Part shown: positions 53,630-61,811 of the stretch, in pieces | How the letters are laid out: each line of letters begins with the position of its first letter | Numbering within the stretch: position 1 is the stretch's first letter | Assembly (NCBI GenBank): GCA_964383505.1 | Contig: CAYLHB010000002.1 | Coordinates: 1-61,811, forward strand | From: an uncultured Candidatus Saccharibacteria bacterium | GTDB taxonomy: Bacteria > Patescibacteriota > Minisyncoccia > Phycocordibacterales > UBA12088 | Length of the DNA: 61,811 nucleotides | Reading direction: 5' to 3' | The notes under the pieces: model-generated | What the model was told of the DNA's origin: nothing | Seen by the model: the letters and a program-made list of their open reading frames with translations, nothing else | Database searches by the model: none | Position numbers and translations under genes: made by a program

Positions 53630-53698
53630 TCCGCAATTGATCTGTATCCAAAAAGTGGACACAGGAACATCGGTCAATGACTTTCGGACTTATGTAAT

Positions 53699-54058
53699 CT
53701 ACTTTCGCGGTTCGTCAGCGTGGAGCTTGCGGTGCATGTCGGTCAGCACTCCAGTCGCCTCAAGAAGAACGGTAATCAAGTTCCGTACAAAGAGCACCCC
53801 GACCCCGACCGCACACCATCCGACTCCCGTGACTACAAGCCACGGGAGCGTAGGCACGAGAGGTGCAATGGGATTATGTACGAGCACACCTATGAGCGAA
53901 AACCACAGTGCGGTGCAAAAACCACAGGAGAGTGCACTCCCCAGAACTGGGATGCGACGAATAAAGGTAAGCAATCCGGGGTGGTCGAGCAACAACGCTC
54001 TCCAGACAAGCGCAGGGGCTGTAATGCACGCTATGGTTAGCAGATAGGAAACAAGCAT
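53699..54058 (-). CDS. Small integral membrane protein
   Basis: ATG at 54058 (MLVSYLLTIACITAPALVW), three or four hydrophobic helices. The upstream part of the ORF is Arg-rich and rejected. Confidence 0.5.
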   Translation of the reverse strand: MLVSYLLTIACITAPALVWRALLLDHPGLLTFIRRIPVLGSALSCGFCTALWFSLIGVLVHNPIAPLVPTLPWLVVTGVGWCAVGVGVLFVRNLITVLLEATGVLTDMHRKLHADEPRK

Positions 54059-54150
54059 AGAATGGGAGTGTAGTTCTGATAATTGAATGGCTGAAAACTG
54101 CACGGCATCCCACAAGGAGATGCCGTGGTCGCGTATATACGTGGCCGATG

Positions 54151-54411
54151 TTAGAGGTGTGCCGCAAGTTCGTTGTTGGTTGTAGCGAGAAATGCGGCAC
54201 CGACATCCGTCACCCGATGGAACGCGCCAGCGCGCATTTGGCCCAAACTGCCTCCATAGCGTACGACGTCGCCGGCGTCTGGGCGCACACACCCGTAGAC
54301 AGCCTGTTCAACCACAACCGTTGGGACGGTGCGCCCCGACACGGTTACCGATTGTGGGGAAAACACACACTGATCGCAACATGGTGGACATCCTCCACAG
54401 GGTGCAGGCAT
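54151..54411 (-). CDS. Cys-rich small protein (86 aa), possible metal-binding
   Basis: The ATG at 54411 is preceded by AAGGAGAA. The N-terminus is MPAPCGGCPPCCDQC. It lies downstream of the fur-family gene behind a palindromic operator-like site. Confidence 0.5.
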   Translation of the reverse strand: MPAPCGGCPPCCDQCVFSPQSVTVSGRTVPTVVVEQAVYGCVRPDAGDVVRYGGSLGQMRAGAFHRVTDVGAAFLATTNNELAAHL

Positions 54412-54467
54412 AGAAGTTCTCCTTGTAAGCCACGATGCGGTTTGCATCTACATCACAACTTGCCATA

Positions 54468-54488
54468 GTTGCAAATATTTTGCAACTA
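54468..54488. promoter_or_regulatory. Perfect palindrome, candidate Fur/Zur-family operator
   Basis: AGTTGCAAA-TAT-TTTGCAACT (9-bp arms) about 57 bp upstream of the Cys-rich gene, overlapping the fur-family stop codon. Confidence 0.5.
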
Positions 54489-54968
54489 TGCTGCACCCGC
54501 ACACGCGCGACATTCTCCGAAAAACTCCACGACGTGCCGGTCAACACGTGTAAACGCGGCCACCTCCTGCGCTTTCGCCATGAGCGCCCGCTCCACTTTT
54601 CCAAGCACCACCTCGGCCATTTTCCCGCATCGTGTGCATCGCACGTGGTGGTGGTGGGAGCGTTGAAACTCAATGAGACGAGTGCCGTTCGGGCCCATCA
54701 CCGCCTCAATGAGGCCCTTATCGAGGAGGAGTGAAACGGTGCGGTACACCGTCACCATATTCACCTTCCCCGCAAGCGCACGAGTGAGCGACTCGATGGT
54801 GGTCGGACGCGGGGCGCGCATGAGGGTTTCGAGGACCTGCACGCGCGGGTGCGTGGCACGCACGCCCGCACGTACGAGGAGCTCGTGGGGAGCAAGATCG
54901 GCACGGGTCGTACCATCGTCTCCGCTCATACACTTGTTCCGACTCTGTCCCCTTGCCTCTTTCTTCAT
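54486..54968 (-). CDS. Fur-family metalloregulator (probable Zur)
   Basis: Winged-helix N-domain (THPRVQVLETL...VTVYRTV) and C-terminal HHHHVRCTRCG...ECRAC metal sites. Next to a ZIP transporter. ATG at 54968 (the ORF's TTG is at 54980). Confidence 0.8.
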   Translation of the reverse strand: MKKEARGQSRNKCMSGDDGTTRADLAPHELLVRAGVRATHPRVQVLETLMRAPRPTTIESLTRALAGKVNMVTVYRTVSLLLDKGLIEAVMGPNGTRLIEFQRSHHHHVRCTRCGKMAEVVLGKVERALMAKAQEVAAFTRVDRHVVEFFGECRACAGAA

Positions 54969-54982
54969 ACTGTAATACAATC

Positions 54983-55006
54983 ATATTTGCAAATTATTTG
55001 CAATAT
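54983..55006. promoter_or_regulatory. TTTGCAAA-containing operator-like site in the fur/ZIP divergent promoter region
   Basis: ATATTTGCAAATTATTTGCAATAT shares the TTGCAAAT/ATTTGCAA core with the palindrome at 54468-54488. Confidence 0.45.
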
Positions 55007-55031
55007 CATTTTTTCAAGCTTCCTACAAAAC

Positions 55032-55862
55032 ATGTACCCCACCATCCTTATCGCATCACTCGCCATCATGCTCGCGTCGCTCTCGGGCAAACTCGTCACA
55101 TGGGGGCTCATCGGAAGGTGGCTCACACCACGCATGCGCTACCTCGTCGCACTCGCAGGAGGTGTCTTTGCTGTTATTGTCTACGGGCTTATTGAGGAGG
55201 CGCTCCATGAGGGCGGGCTTGTGCCTATGACGATCGGTGCATTTCTCCTTGGTGGGGTGCTCCTTGAGGGTGTGACACGACTCCTCCCCAAGGGCACCCA
55301 CCACCACCACGGCCCGCACCCCGAGCACACCCACGGCAGGCTCGATGCACGTCGCATGCTCCTCGGGGACGCGGTGCATAATGTACACGACGGCCTCGCG
55401 CTCGTACCCGCATTCCTCGTCTCACCCGCGGTGGGTATCGGCACCGCGGTCGGTATCTTTCTCCACGAGGTCGTGCAGGAGATTGCGGAATTCTTTGTAC
55501 TCCGCGAGGCGGGCTACACCGTTCGCTCCGCTCTCGTATGGAACTTTGCCGTATCTGCCACACTCCTCATCGGCGTTGCCGTGAGCGCAACGCTCGCGTC
55601 GGTTGAGTTTCTCCATGCGCCACTCATCGCATTTTCCGCGGGCGGGTTTACCTACGTACTCCTCCGCGACCTCCTGCCGAGCGCCATTATGCGCGCGCAA
55701 CAAGACCGGCAGTACGGCTCCTACGTCGGCATGTTCCTTGTCGGCGTACTCATCATGCTCACCGTCACAGTCCTCTTCCCCCATGAGGAACACGAGGAGG
55801 AAGAACTCCCCCTTCCGGAAGGGTTCGGGCTCGTGCACGAAGGCCCCACTACAGTCGCCTAG
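55032..55862 (+). CDS. ZIP-family divalent metal (zinc) transporter
   Basis: ATG at 55032 (MYPTILIASLAIMLASLSG), multiple TM helices, His-rich loop GTHHHHGPHPEHTHG, and a HNVHDGLA / HEVVQEIAEF ZIP signature. Confidence 0.8.
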   Translation: MYPTILIASLAIMLASLSGKLVTWGLIGRWLTPRMRYLVALAGGVFAVIVYGLIEEALHEGGLVPMTIGAFLLGGVLLEGVTRLLPKGTHHHHGPHPEHTHGRLDARRMLLGDAVHNVHDGLALVPAFLVSPAVGIGTAVGIFLHEVVQEIAEFFVLREAGYTVRSALVWNFAVSATLLIGVAVSATLASVEFLHAPLIAFSAGGFTYVLLRDLLPSAIMRAQQDRQYGSYVGMFLVGVLIMLTVTVLFPHEEHEEEELPLPEGFGLVHEGPTTVA

Positions 55863-56713
55863 GAAACCTGTATCGCGTGGCCGTGGAGCGCGGCGTAGAG
55901 CACTTGGCTTCGGAGGTACTCCTCCGGGTTGCCGCAGTCGAGGTAGGTGGCATCCGGCAGAATTTGTGCGAGCATTGTCATTTGGTGAGAGAGCGTGGTG
56001 AGCACGTCGGCGAGCACGTACTCGCCGTTTTCTCTCGGCTTGGTGTCGTCGAGCGCATCAAACACACGCGAGGGAAGAATGTACGCACCGTGCGTCGCGT
56101 ACTCCGAGGGCTCTTCGCCTGCTCGCGGCTTCTCCACGATACGCACAATTTCCTGCACGTGAGGGTTGTCCTTGTACGCGCGGAGCTCCGCCATGCCGTA
56201 GTGCATGCGCCGCTCCGGCTCGGGTATCGCCACACTTGAGATGACCGGCAACCCTTCAGTATCGAAAAGCTCAAGACAGCGCGTGAGCCGCGACGAGCCG
56301 GTGGTGAGCATCACCTCGTCCGACCAGAGGAGCGCGAATGGCTCACCGTTCAAGAGGTGGCGCGCGGCGCGCAGTGCCCCTGCGTTACCATAGGGTGGGA
56401 GGGTGTGCACAAACGTGAAGCGCGCGAGCCGTGTGAGCTCGCGGAGCCGCTCGACGTCCTCACCCTTCCCCGCACCTATGAGGTACTCCTCGAGAAGCTC
56501 ATTGGGAGAAAAGTGGTTTTGTACCGAAGTCTTACGATGCGAGACCACGAAAATGATGTGTTCGATTCCCGCACCCACCACCTCCTCAACCACATGCTGA
56601 ATGACGGGTTTGTGCCCGAGCGGAAACATCTCTTTGGGGATGCTCTTGGTACAGGGCAGGAATCGTGTCCCAAAACCTCCCGCAGGTATCACAGCGGTGC
56701 GGACGCTACTCAT
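55859..56713 (-). CDS. galU: UTP--glucose-1-phosphate uridylyltransferase
   Basis: AVIPAGGFGTRFLPCTKSIPKEMFPL N-terminal motif. Confidence 0.85.
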   Translation of the reverse strand: MSSVRTAVIPAGGFGTRFLPCTKSIPKEMFPLGHKPVIQHVVEEVVGAGIEHIIFVVSHRKTSVQNHFSPNELLEEYLIGAGKGEDVERLRELTRLARFTFVHTLPPYGNAGALRAARHLLNGEPFALLWSDEVMLTTGSSRLTRCLELFDTEGLPVISSVAIPEPERRMHYGMAELRAYKDNPHVQEIVRIVEKPRAGEEPSEYATHGAYILPSRVFDALDDTKPRENGEYVLADVLTTLSHQMTMLAQILPDATYLDCGNPEEYLRSQVLYAALHGHAIQVS

Positions 56714-56913
56714 ACCGCGTGGCGTATCACGAGCTTTTTGAGCTCGTGCACGATTTTTTTGTGCCGCTTCTCGTCCGCTTCGATGATACCCAGAATTTTT
56801 TTTGCCTCCTCGTTCTTCACGAGCTTCTTGAGCTCGCGCGCCTCACGCTCCATCTCCTCCTCTACCGCGTAGAGCTGGTCAAAGTAGCTTTTGTAGTCTT
56901 TGTCGGTAAACAT
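56710..56913 (-). CDS. Hypothetical small helical protein (67 aa)
   Basis: ORF overlapping the galU start by 4 nt. It is charged and helical (EEEMEREARELKKLVKNEEAKK). Confidence 0.45.
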   Translation of the reverse strand: MFTDKDYKSYFDQLYAVEEEMEREARELKKLVKNEEAKKILGIIEADEKRHKKIVHELKKLVIRHAV

Positions 56914-56916
56914 ATT

Positions 56917-57201
56917 TCAAGCCTTCTTTGCACCTCGTCCCACTCGCTTTTTTTCCGAGGACGCATCGGCGCGCACGAGTGCCACCACGCGATTGAGTAT
57001 TTTCACATGCCCGCGCGACTCGGTGGTGAGCACCTTGAGCCCCGCAACCACCTGTGCCTGCACCTCGGTGGGCAAGCCCGACCAAAACAGCGCGGCACTG
57101 ATGTGCGAGTCGTAGAGCGGTATCGCGAGCTCCTCTTTGACCGCCGCAGAGCGAATCTCGGCGATAAGCTCCTCATTCGTGATGTGCACACCCCGTGGCA
57201 T
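56917..57201 (-). CDS. Hypothetical protein (94 aa)
   Basis: ATG at 57201 (MPRGVHITNEEL). The longer ORF overlaps the GT2 gene in another frame. Confidence 0.4.
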   Translation of the reverse strand: MPRGVHITNEELIAEIRSAAVKEELAIPLYDSHISAALFWSGLPTEVQAQVVAGLKVLTTESRGHVKILNRVVALVRADASSEKKRVGRGAKKA

Positions 57202-57223
57202 AGCCCTATAGTACCCCGAGCGG

Positions 57224-58750
57224 CTACCCACGGGCAATGCGGGTGTCTTCATTGAGCCGATAGAGCTGAACCAAGATGACGAGGTGATACACGCACCACA
57301 GCATGTTGACCCCGATAGGGTACGGGTCGCTCGTAAGCGACATGGAGCCCACCACGAGGGCGGCACCATTGAGTGCGACGAGGAGGTGCCATGGCCAGAG
57401 CTTCCAAAACGGCAGTCGCGCACTCCCCCCCTTCGGGGTAACCGCAAAACGCACGCGCGTACCGCGCAGCCCCGCCAAGGAGGCGCGTATGAGGACCGGA
57501 AACGAGAGGGAGCCGAGTATGATGCCGTAGATGAGGTTGCCAAAGGTGTACTTCCTGCGCCCGAGTGTGGCGAGGAACATGATGACATTGAGGGCGAGGT
57601 ACGGCAGGAAGGTACCGAGGTACACGAGCGGGTGGCTGAAGTAGGTGGGGAAACCGGTGAGCAGGAACACCACCGGCCCCATCACGAGAATGAGGAACGC
57701 CCAGCCGATGAAGTAGTAGGTGGACGAAAGGAAGTACTCCCACCACACCACAGGTCGAAGTGCGTGCGGATTGGTGAGGAAGGCGCGAACGAGGGGACGG
57801 AGCACGCCTATGGTGCCCGTTGCCCACCTTGTCTGCTGGGTGAGGTAGGCGGAGAGGGAGACGGGCGCCATCCCGAAGGCGAGCACGTGGTTGTAGTACA
57901 CACTTTTGTACCCCGCAATGTGGAGCGAGAGCGACGTTGCAAAGTCCTCGGTGACGCTCTTTTCGTCAAACCCACCCACGAAGCGAAGCGCCGCGACGCG
58001 GAGGAGCACGTTGGTGCCGCAGCAAAAGGCCGCGCCGGTCGCTTGCTTCGCCTCGCACACGATCTCGTAGAAAATGGAGTGCTGCATTGCGGCACCCTTT
58101 GCGAGCGTACTCTCGGAAAAGTTTGCATAGAGCTGGGGGGTTTGCACGTAGGCGATACGCTCGTCGGCGAGGATGAGTGGCACCACCTCGGTGAGGAAGT
58201 GCGGCATAGGCCTCTGGTCGGCATCGAAAATCGCCACGAAGGGCTCGTCCATGGTGCGAATAAACTCGTTGACCGCCCCCGCCTTTGAGGCGTGGTCTTT
58301 TCTCGGGAGCACATGCACCACACCGAACTTGTCACAGAGGAGGTGTACCCGCTCGATGAGCGCCACATCACTCGACCCGTCCACGAGGTACATGCGCTTG
58401 TTCGGGTAGTCGAGCGCGGCGAGCGAGATGAGTGTTTGCTCCAGCACCTCCAAGGGCTCATTGCGCGTGGGCACCAGGAGCGCCACCTCCGGCCACGCAT
58501 CCGGCGCAACCCGCGCACGACGGTACCGTATTGGGTGCCGTTCGAGCCGGTACACACCGAGCACGTACCCGAACGCATGGAAGAGGGAGTACCCCTCAGC
58601 GAGGAGAATGAAAAACGCAAAGGTGGCGTCGGGAAAACCCGCTCCTGTGGTGAAGAAAAAGTACAGGCGCGCGCACAGGTACAGTATGAGAAAGGTGACG
58701 CTCCCGAGTGCGAGGAGTATGTAGGGATTGTGCTGTTTACGCGTGAGCAT
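57224..58750 (-). CDS. Processive family-2 glycosyltransferase (cellulose/beta-glucan synthase-like), membrane-embedded
   Basis: LVPTRNEP, FDADQRP, QTPQ and QQTRWATG (QxxRW) motifs, flanked by TM helices. Confidence 0.85.
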   Translation of the reverse strand: MLTRKQHNPYILLALGSVTFLILYLCARLYFFFTTGAGFPDATFAFFILLAEGYSLFHAFGYVLGVYRLERHPIRYRRARVAPDAWPEVALLVPTRNEPLEVLEQTLISLAALDYPNKRMYLVDGSSDVALIERVHLLCDKFGVVHVLPRKDHASKAGAVNEFIRTMDEPFVAIFDADQRPMPHFLTEVVPLILADERIAYVQTPQLYANFSESTLAKGAAMQHSIFYEIVCEAKQATGAAFCCGTNVLLRVAALRFVGGFDEKSVTEDFATSLSLHIAGYKSVYYNHVLAFGMAPVSLSAYLTQQTRWATGTIGVLRPLVRAFLTNPHALRPVVWWEYFLSSTYYFIGWAFLILVMGPVVFLLTGFPTYFSHPLVYLGTFLPYLALNVIMFLATLGRRKYTFGNLIYGIILGSLSFPVLIRASLAGLRGTRVRFAVTPKGGSARLPFWKLWPWHLLVALNGAALVVGSMSLTSDPYPIGVNMLWCVYHLVILVQLYRLNEDTRIARG

Positions 58751-59141
58751 GGCCGGAGTCGGCCGCCTGCAAGCGTGCGCGTACGAGCTCCACCACCCGC
58801 GCGAGTGTTACATCGGCTTTCACAAGGTAGTCGGTCACCCCGTCGTCCATGGTCTTACTCACCGTGAGCATACGTTCGTCGTTCGTGAGCACAATAACGT
58901 ACGGCTGTGGCTCCCCCGCGCCTCGCAATTTGTGGAGCACCTCGTCGCCCGAGAGCGCGGGCAGGCGCAGGTCGAGGATGATGAGGCGCGGACGCTCCGC
59001 AAGCGCGGTCGCAAGCCCCGTTACCCCGTTTTCCGCAATGCGCACCACAAACCCCTGTGAGGTGAGGTGTTCACCGAGCGCTTTCCTGAGCGCGGCGTCG
59101 TCTTCCACAATAAGTATCGCGTCAGTCGATGCTTGGGTCAT
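58737..59141 (-). CDS. Stand-alone response-regulator receiver protein
   Basis: ATG at 59141. ILIVEDDAALRKAL...LIILDLRLPALSGDEV. No output domain. It overlaps the GT2 start by 14 nt. Confidence 0.8.
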   Translation of the reverse strand: MTQASTDAILIVEDDAALRKALGEHLTSQGFVVRIAENGVTGLATALAERPRLIILDLRLPALSGDEVLHKLRGAGEPQPYVIVLTNDERMLTVSKTMDDGVTDYLVKADVTLARVVELVRARLQAADSGHAHA

Positions 59142-59155
59142 AGCGCAAGTATACC

Positions 59156-60283
59156 CTACACGGGCTTCTGCCCATAGGGGAGCGCGAGGTAAAACTCGGT
59201 ACCCTCCCCTTCCTTGGAACTGAACCAAATATCCCCGCTCATTTTGCCGACAATTCGTAGCACGAGGTAGAGTCCGAGACCGGTACCCTGCGGGTCGAGC
59301 GATTGTGCATTGGTACCTCGGAAAAACTGCTGGAAGACTTTCGCCTGCTCCGCGGGAGGAATGCCGATACCCTTGTCTTTTACGACCACCACCGCACGTT
59401 CATCAGCGAAATGTCGCCCGTAGACCTCTTCACCTGCTCGCTTCCGAAACGCACGTACCTCAATCTTCTCGTTTGCACGGTTATATTTAACCGCATTGCC
59501 CACCAAGTTACGAATGATTTCCCGCAAAAGGTCGCAGTCGACGGCAAGCGGAGAAACTCCCTCTTCCACGTACGTCTCAAAGCTGTGCGGAGGAGAGGGA
59601 GGGGTTGAAAACTCCTTCACCACCTCATGTACGAGATTTCCGAGGTCACACTGACCCACCTCGTAGTGTATGGTGCCGAGGTCCATTTTTGAAATGGAGA
59701 GGAGCGAGCCGACAAGATCGCTCATGCGACTCCCCGCGCCGTGAATCTCTTTGGTGTACTCGAGCGCCTTCTCGGGCAAATTGCCCGCATCACCGGCAAG
59801 GAGCATCTCCGCGTACCACTTTACGGCAGAGATCGGCCCCTTGAGGTTGTGCGACGCGAGTGAAATGAACTCGGTTTTCGCGCGATCGAAGTCCTTGAGT
59901 GCGGTCACGTCACGCTCGACCCCCACATAGAAAAGTACCTCGCCGTCTTTGTCCAAAATGGGCGAGACACGAATCTCGGCATCGTACGGCACCCCGCCCT
60001 TGCGCATGTTTTTAAGCTCTCCCACAAAGGCACGCTTCTCGACTGCAATGGTGTGCCACATGGTGTCATAGAACGACCTCTCCATCTGCCTGCCCCAGAG
60101 CGCGGGAGTCTTGCCCAACATTTCTGCCCTGCTGTACCCGGTGGTTACTTCCGCCGCGTGGTTGGCATACACAATGACGCCTTTGGGGTCGGTCATAATG
60201 ATGTGGTCGTTCGCGTGTTCGACCGCCAAGTAGAAGCGCTCGAGCACGCTCCCCATTTCCGTTTGCGATGCAAGTTCGTTCAT
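59156..60283 (-). CDS. PAS-domain sensor histidine kinase (cytoplasmic)
   Basis: PAS (IIMTDPKGVIVYANHAAEVTTGYSRAEMLGK), H-box FISLASHNLKGP, G-boxes DKGIGI and GTGLGLYLV. Confidence 0.85.
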   Translation of the reverse strand: MNELASQTEMGSVLERFYLAVEHANDHIIMTDPKGVIVYANHAAEVTTGYSRAEMLGKTPALWGRQMERSFYDTMWHTIAVEKRAFVGELKNMRKGGVPYDAEIRVSPILDKDGEVLFYVGVERDVTALKDFDRAKTEFISLASHNLKGPISAVKWYAEMLLAGDAGNLPEKALEYTKEIHGAGSRMSDLVGSLLSISKMDLGTIHYEVGQCDLGNLVHEVVKEFSTPPSPPHSFETYVEEGVSPLAVDCDLLREIIRNLVGNAVKYNRANEKIEVRAFRKRAGEEVYGRHFADERAVVVVKDKGIGIPPAEQAKVFQQFFRGTNAQSLDPQGTGLGLYLVLRIVGKMSGDIWFSSKEGEGTEFYLALPYGQKPV

Positions 60284-60292
60284 ACGTATATC

Positions 60293-60673
60293 CTACAAAA
60301 TCCGCTCCAAAGTGGCCACCACCTCGCCTATGTCAGTGGAGCTTTTGTCGAAGTAGAGCGCATTGAGCTTCTCGGCATCTTTCCGGAGTGTTGTTTTTCC
60401 AATGAGGTTGGTGAGTATCACCACAGGCGCTTCCACACCCACCTCGGGCCCGCGGAGCGTCTCGAGAATACTCATGCCGTCTTTATTCGGGAGCATGAGG
60501 TCGAGCACGATGCCATCCGGTTTTTCCTGCGCCACAGTAAACGCAACCTCCGCCCCGTCGGCACAGGTAACCGTCCGGTATCCCGCGTGTGAGAATTTCT
60601 CAACGAGGGCCGCTCGGAGTGCCGGGTCGTCCTCGACGATGAGTATTTTTTTGAACCTGTTGAGTAGCTTCAT
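60293..60673 (-). CDS. Stand-alone response-regulator receiver protein
   Basis: ATG at 60673 (MKLLNRFKKILIVEDDPALR...VLDLMLPNKDG). No output domain. Confidence 0.8.
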   Translation of the reverse strand: MKLLNRFKKILIVEDDPALRAALVEKFSHAGYRTVTCADGAEVAFTVAQEKPDGIVLDLMLPNKDGMSILETLRGPEVGVEAPVVILTNLIGKTTLRKDAEKLNALYFDKSSTDIGEVVATLERIL

Positions 60674-60675
60674 GG

Positions 60676-61536
60676 TTAGTAGTCGCACGCGAACACCTCT
60701 TCCGAGAGCATTTCTGAAAGGTAACTCTCTACCTCACCCCATGAGCCGATGCGGTCGATGAGCTTGCTCTCAAGCGCCTGACGGCCGAGCATGGAGGAAC
60801 CGTCTGCGAGCGCACGCACCGCTTCAAGCGGTATGTCGCGATGTTTCGACACCGCCCGCACAAACCCCTCGAAAATGACTGCAATGTCCCGCTCGATGAG
60901 TGTGCGTTCTTCTTCAGTGAGAGGTCGGTCGGGATGGCCCGTGTCCTTGAATTTGCCGCTCGAGAGCTCGTTGTAGGTGTAGCCCTCCTCCTCGTTGTAG
61001 CGTGCGGCATCCACGTAGCTTGCGGTAACCCCGATCGAGCCAACGTCGGAGAACTCACTCGCGACGATGGTATCCGCACCGAGCGATGCCCAGTAGGCAG
61101 CGCTCGTGCCTGCTTGGTGTATGAGTGCAACCGTCGGCTTTTCAACCTTAGCGAGGGCATTCGCCACCTCCTCCCCCGCGACCGGCAGGCCGCCGTAGGA
61201 ATCCACATCGAGCACGATCGCCTTGATACTCTCATCCGCGTCGGCTTCCTTGAGGGACGAGACGATGTAGTCGGAAGAAGCCCCGAAGAGCGGCTCGTCA
61301 AAGAGCGGGTTCACCACCTCACTCGTCGTCATGAGGTCGCCATGGAGGGGCACAATCGCGACATTGCACCCATCGCTCCCGCCGGCAAGAAAAATGATGA
61401 GAAGCACCACCGCAAACGGAAACGCAAAGAGCCCCGCTCCGAACGCCGCCACCCCGAGCATGAACGCATGCGTGCGTGTGCGCGTGCACGATGAAGCGAC
61501 GGGGGTCGAGGGTGTGTGCGATTCAAGCGCATCCAT
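60676..61536 (-). CDS. sppA: Signal peptide peptidase SppA (36K type, S49)
   Basis: N-terminal TM helix. IKAIVLDVDSYGGLPVAGEEV and TSAAYWASLGAD motifs. Start at 61536 or 61566. Confidence 0.75.
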   Translation of the reverse strand: MDALESHTPSTPVASSCTRTRTHAFMLGVAAFGAGLFAFPFAVVLLIIFLAGGSDGCNVAIVPLHGDLMTTSEVVNPLFDEPLFGASSDYIVSSLKEADADESIKAIVLDVDSYGGLPVAGEEVANALAKVEKPTVALIHQAGTSAAYWASLGADTIVASEFSDVGSIGVTASYVDAARYNEEEGYTYNELSSGKFKDTGHPDRPLTEEERTLIERDIAVIFEGFVRAVSKHRDIPLEAVRALADGSSMLGRQALESKLIDRIGSWGEVESYLSEMLSEEVFACDY

Positions 61537-61587
61537 GCGGTAAGTGTAGCACAGGTACGGCACCACATCCCTTACCTACTCACAGCG

Positions 61588-61811
61588 ATGGAGCGGCATG
61601 GTATACTTCGGAGTATGGTGAAGAAAACCGTCCGACATACAGCAAAAAAAGAGGTCGTCAAACCTGCCCGTATCGAGGATGAATATTCCTCGATGGCGCG
61701 AGAGATTATAGCGCATGTCGATAAGAAGTTTGAGGAATATGCACAGACAGCTGAGCGGCACTTGGGGATACTGCGTGAGGATTTCGACCACAAGCTACAG
61801 CTCGTGGCTGA
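61588..61811 (+). CDS. Partial hypothetical CDS running off the window
   Basis: Open frame MERHGILRSMVKKTVRHTAKKEVVKPARIEDEYSSMAREIIAHVDKKFEEY... with no stop before 61811. An alternative ATG lies at 61615. Confidence 0.3.
   Translation, partial: MERHGILRSMVKKTVRHTAKKEVVKPARIEDEYSSMAREIIAHVDKKFEEYAQTAERHLGILREDFDHKLQLVA

Overview
This is a 61.8-kb bacterial chromosomal window. The flanks are G+C-rich, tightly packed housekeeping DNA. They carry a dcw-cluster segment (mraZ, rsmH, ftsL-like, PBP, murF), rel, parB, miaA, xseAB, pyrG, ftsEX, a short prfB, gpmA, thrS behind a T-box leader, rpmG, a Fur/ZIP metal locus, a two-component/GT2/galU operon, sppA, and seven tRNAs (Glu, Leu, Gln, Thr x2, Trp, Tyr). 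The short RF2, the TGS-less ThrS, and the TrbC/VirB2-like pilin domains fused to cell-wall hydrolases suggest a reduced-genome, CPR/Patescibacteria-like lineage; this is inference only. No rRNA genes or CRISPR arrays were seen. The centre (~13.0-38.1 kb) looks more AT-rich by eye (not computed). It behaves as a ~25-kb integrative/defence island next to tRNA-Gln and is bounded by imperfect direct repeats. The island contains four modules. (i) A tightly coupled minus-strand operon of nucleotide-handling enzymes (NudB-like Nudix, Gfo/Idh/MocA-like, an unknown 368-aa protein, a minimal thymidylate-synthase fold, HD, and a P-loop dNMP-kinase-like protein), plus a divergent CDA-like deaminase. This operon was recently split by an IS256-family insertion with an 8-bp target duplication. 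(ii) A type I R-M operon with an HTH-HsdM-half-HsdS fusion and HsdR, followed by two HEPN-motif proteins and a multi-zinc-ribbon protein. (iii) A small-protein/PD-(D/E)xK nuclease pair. (iv) A phage-like module (two beta-class DNA methyltransferases, TerS-like, TerL, large serine recombinase) without structural or replication genes. The nucleotide operon and the R-M-linked HEPN trio are my best candidates for an undescribed system. Other oddities are tandem tRNA-Glu-derived structured repeats, a 577-bp structured non-coding spacer, an hsdR gene fragment at the island edge, and a decayed IS next to the tRNA-Thr pair.
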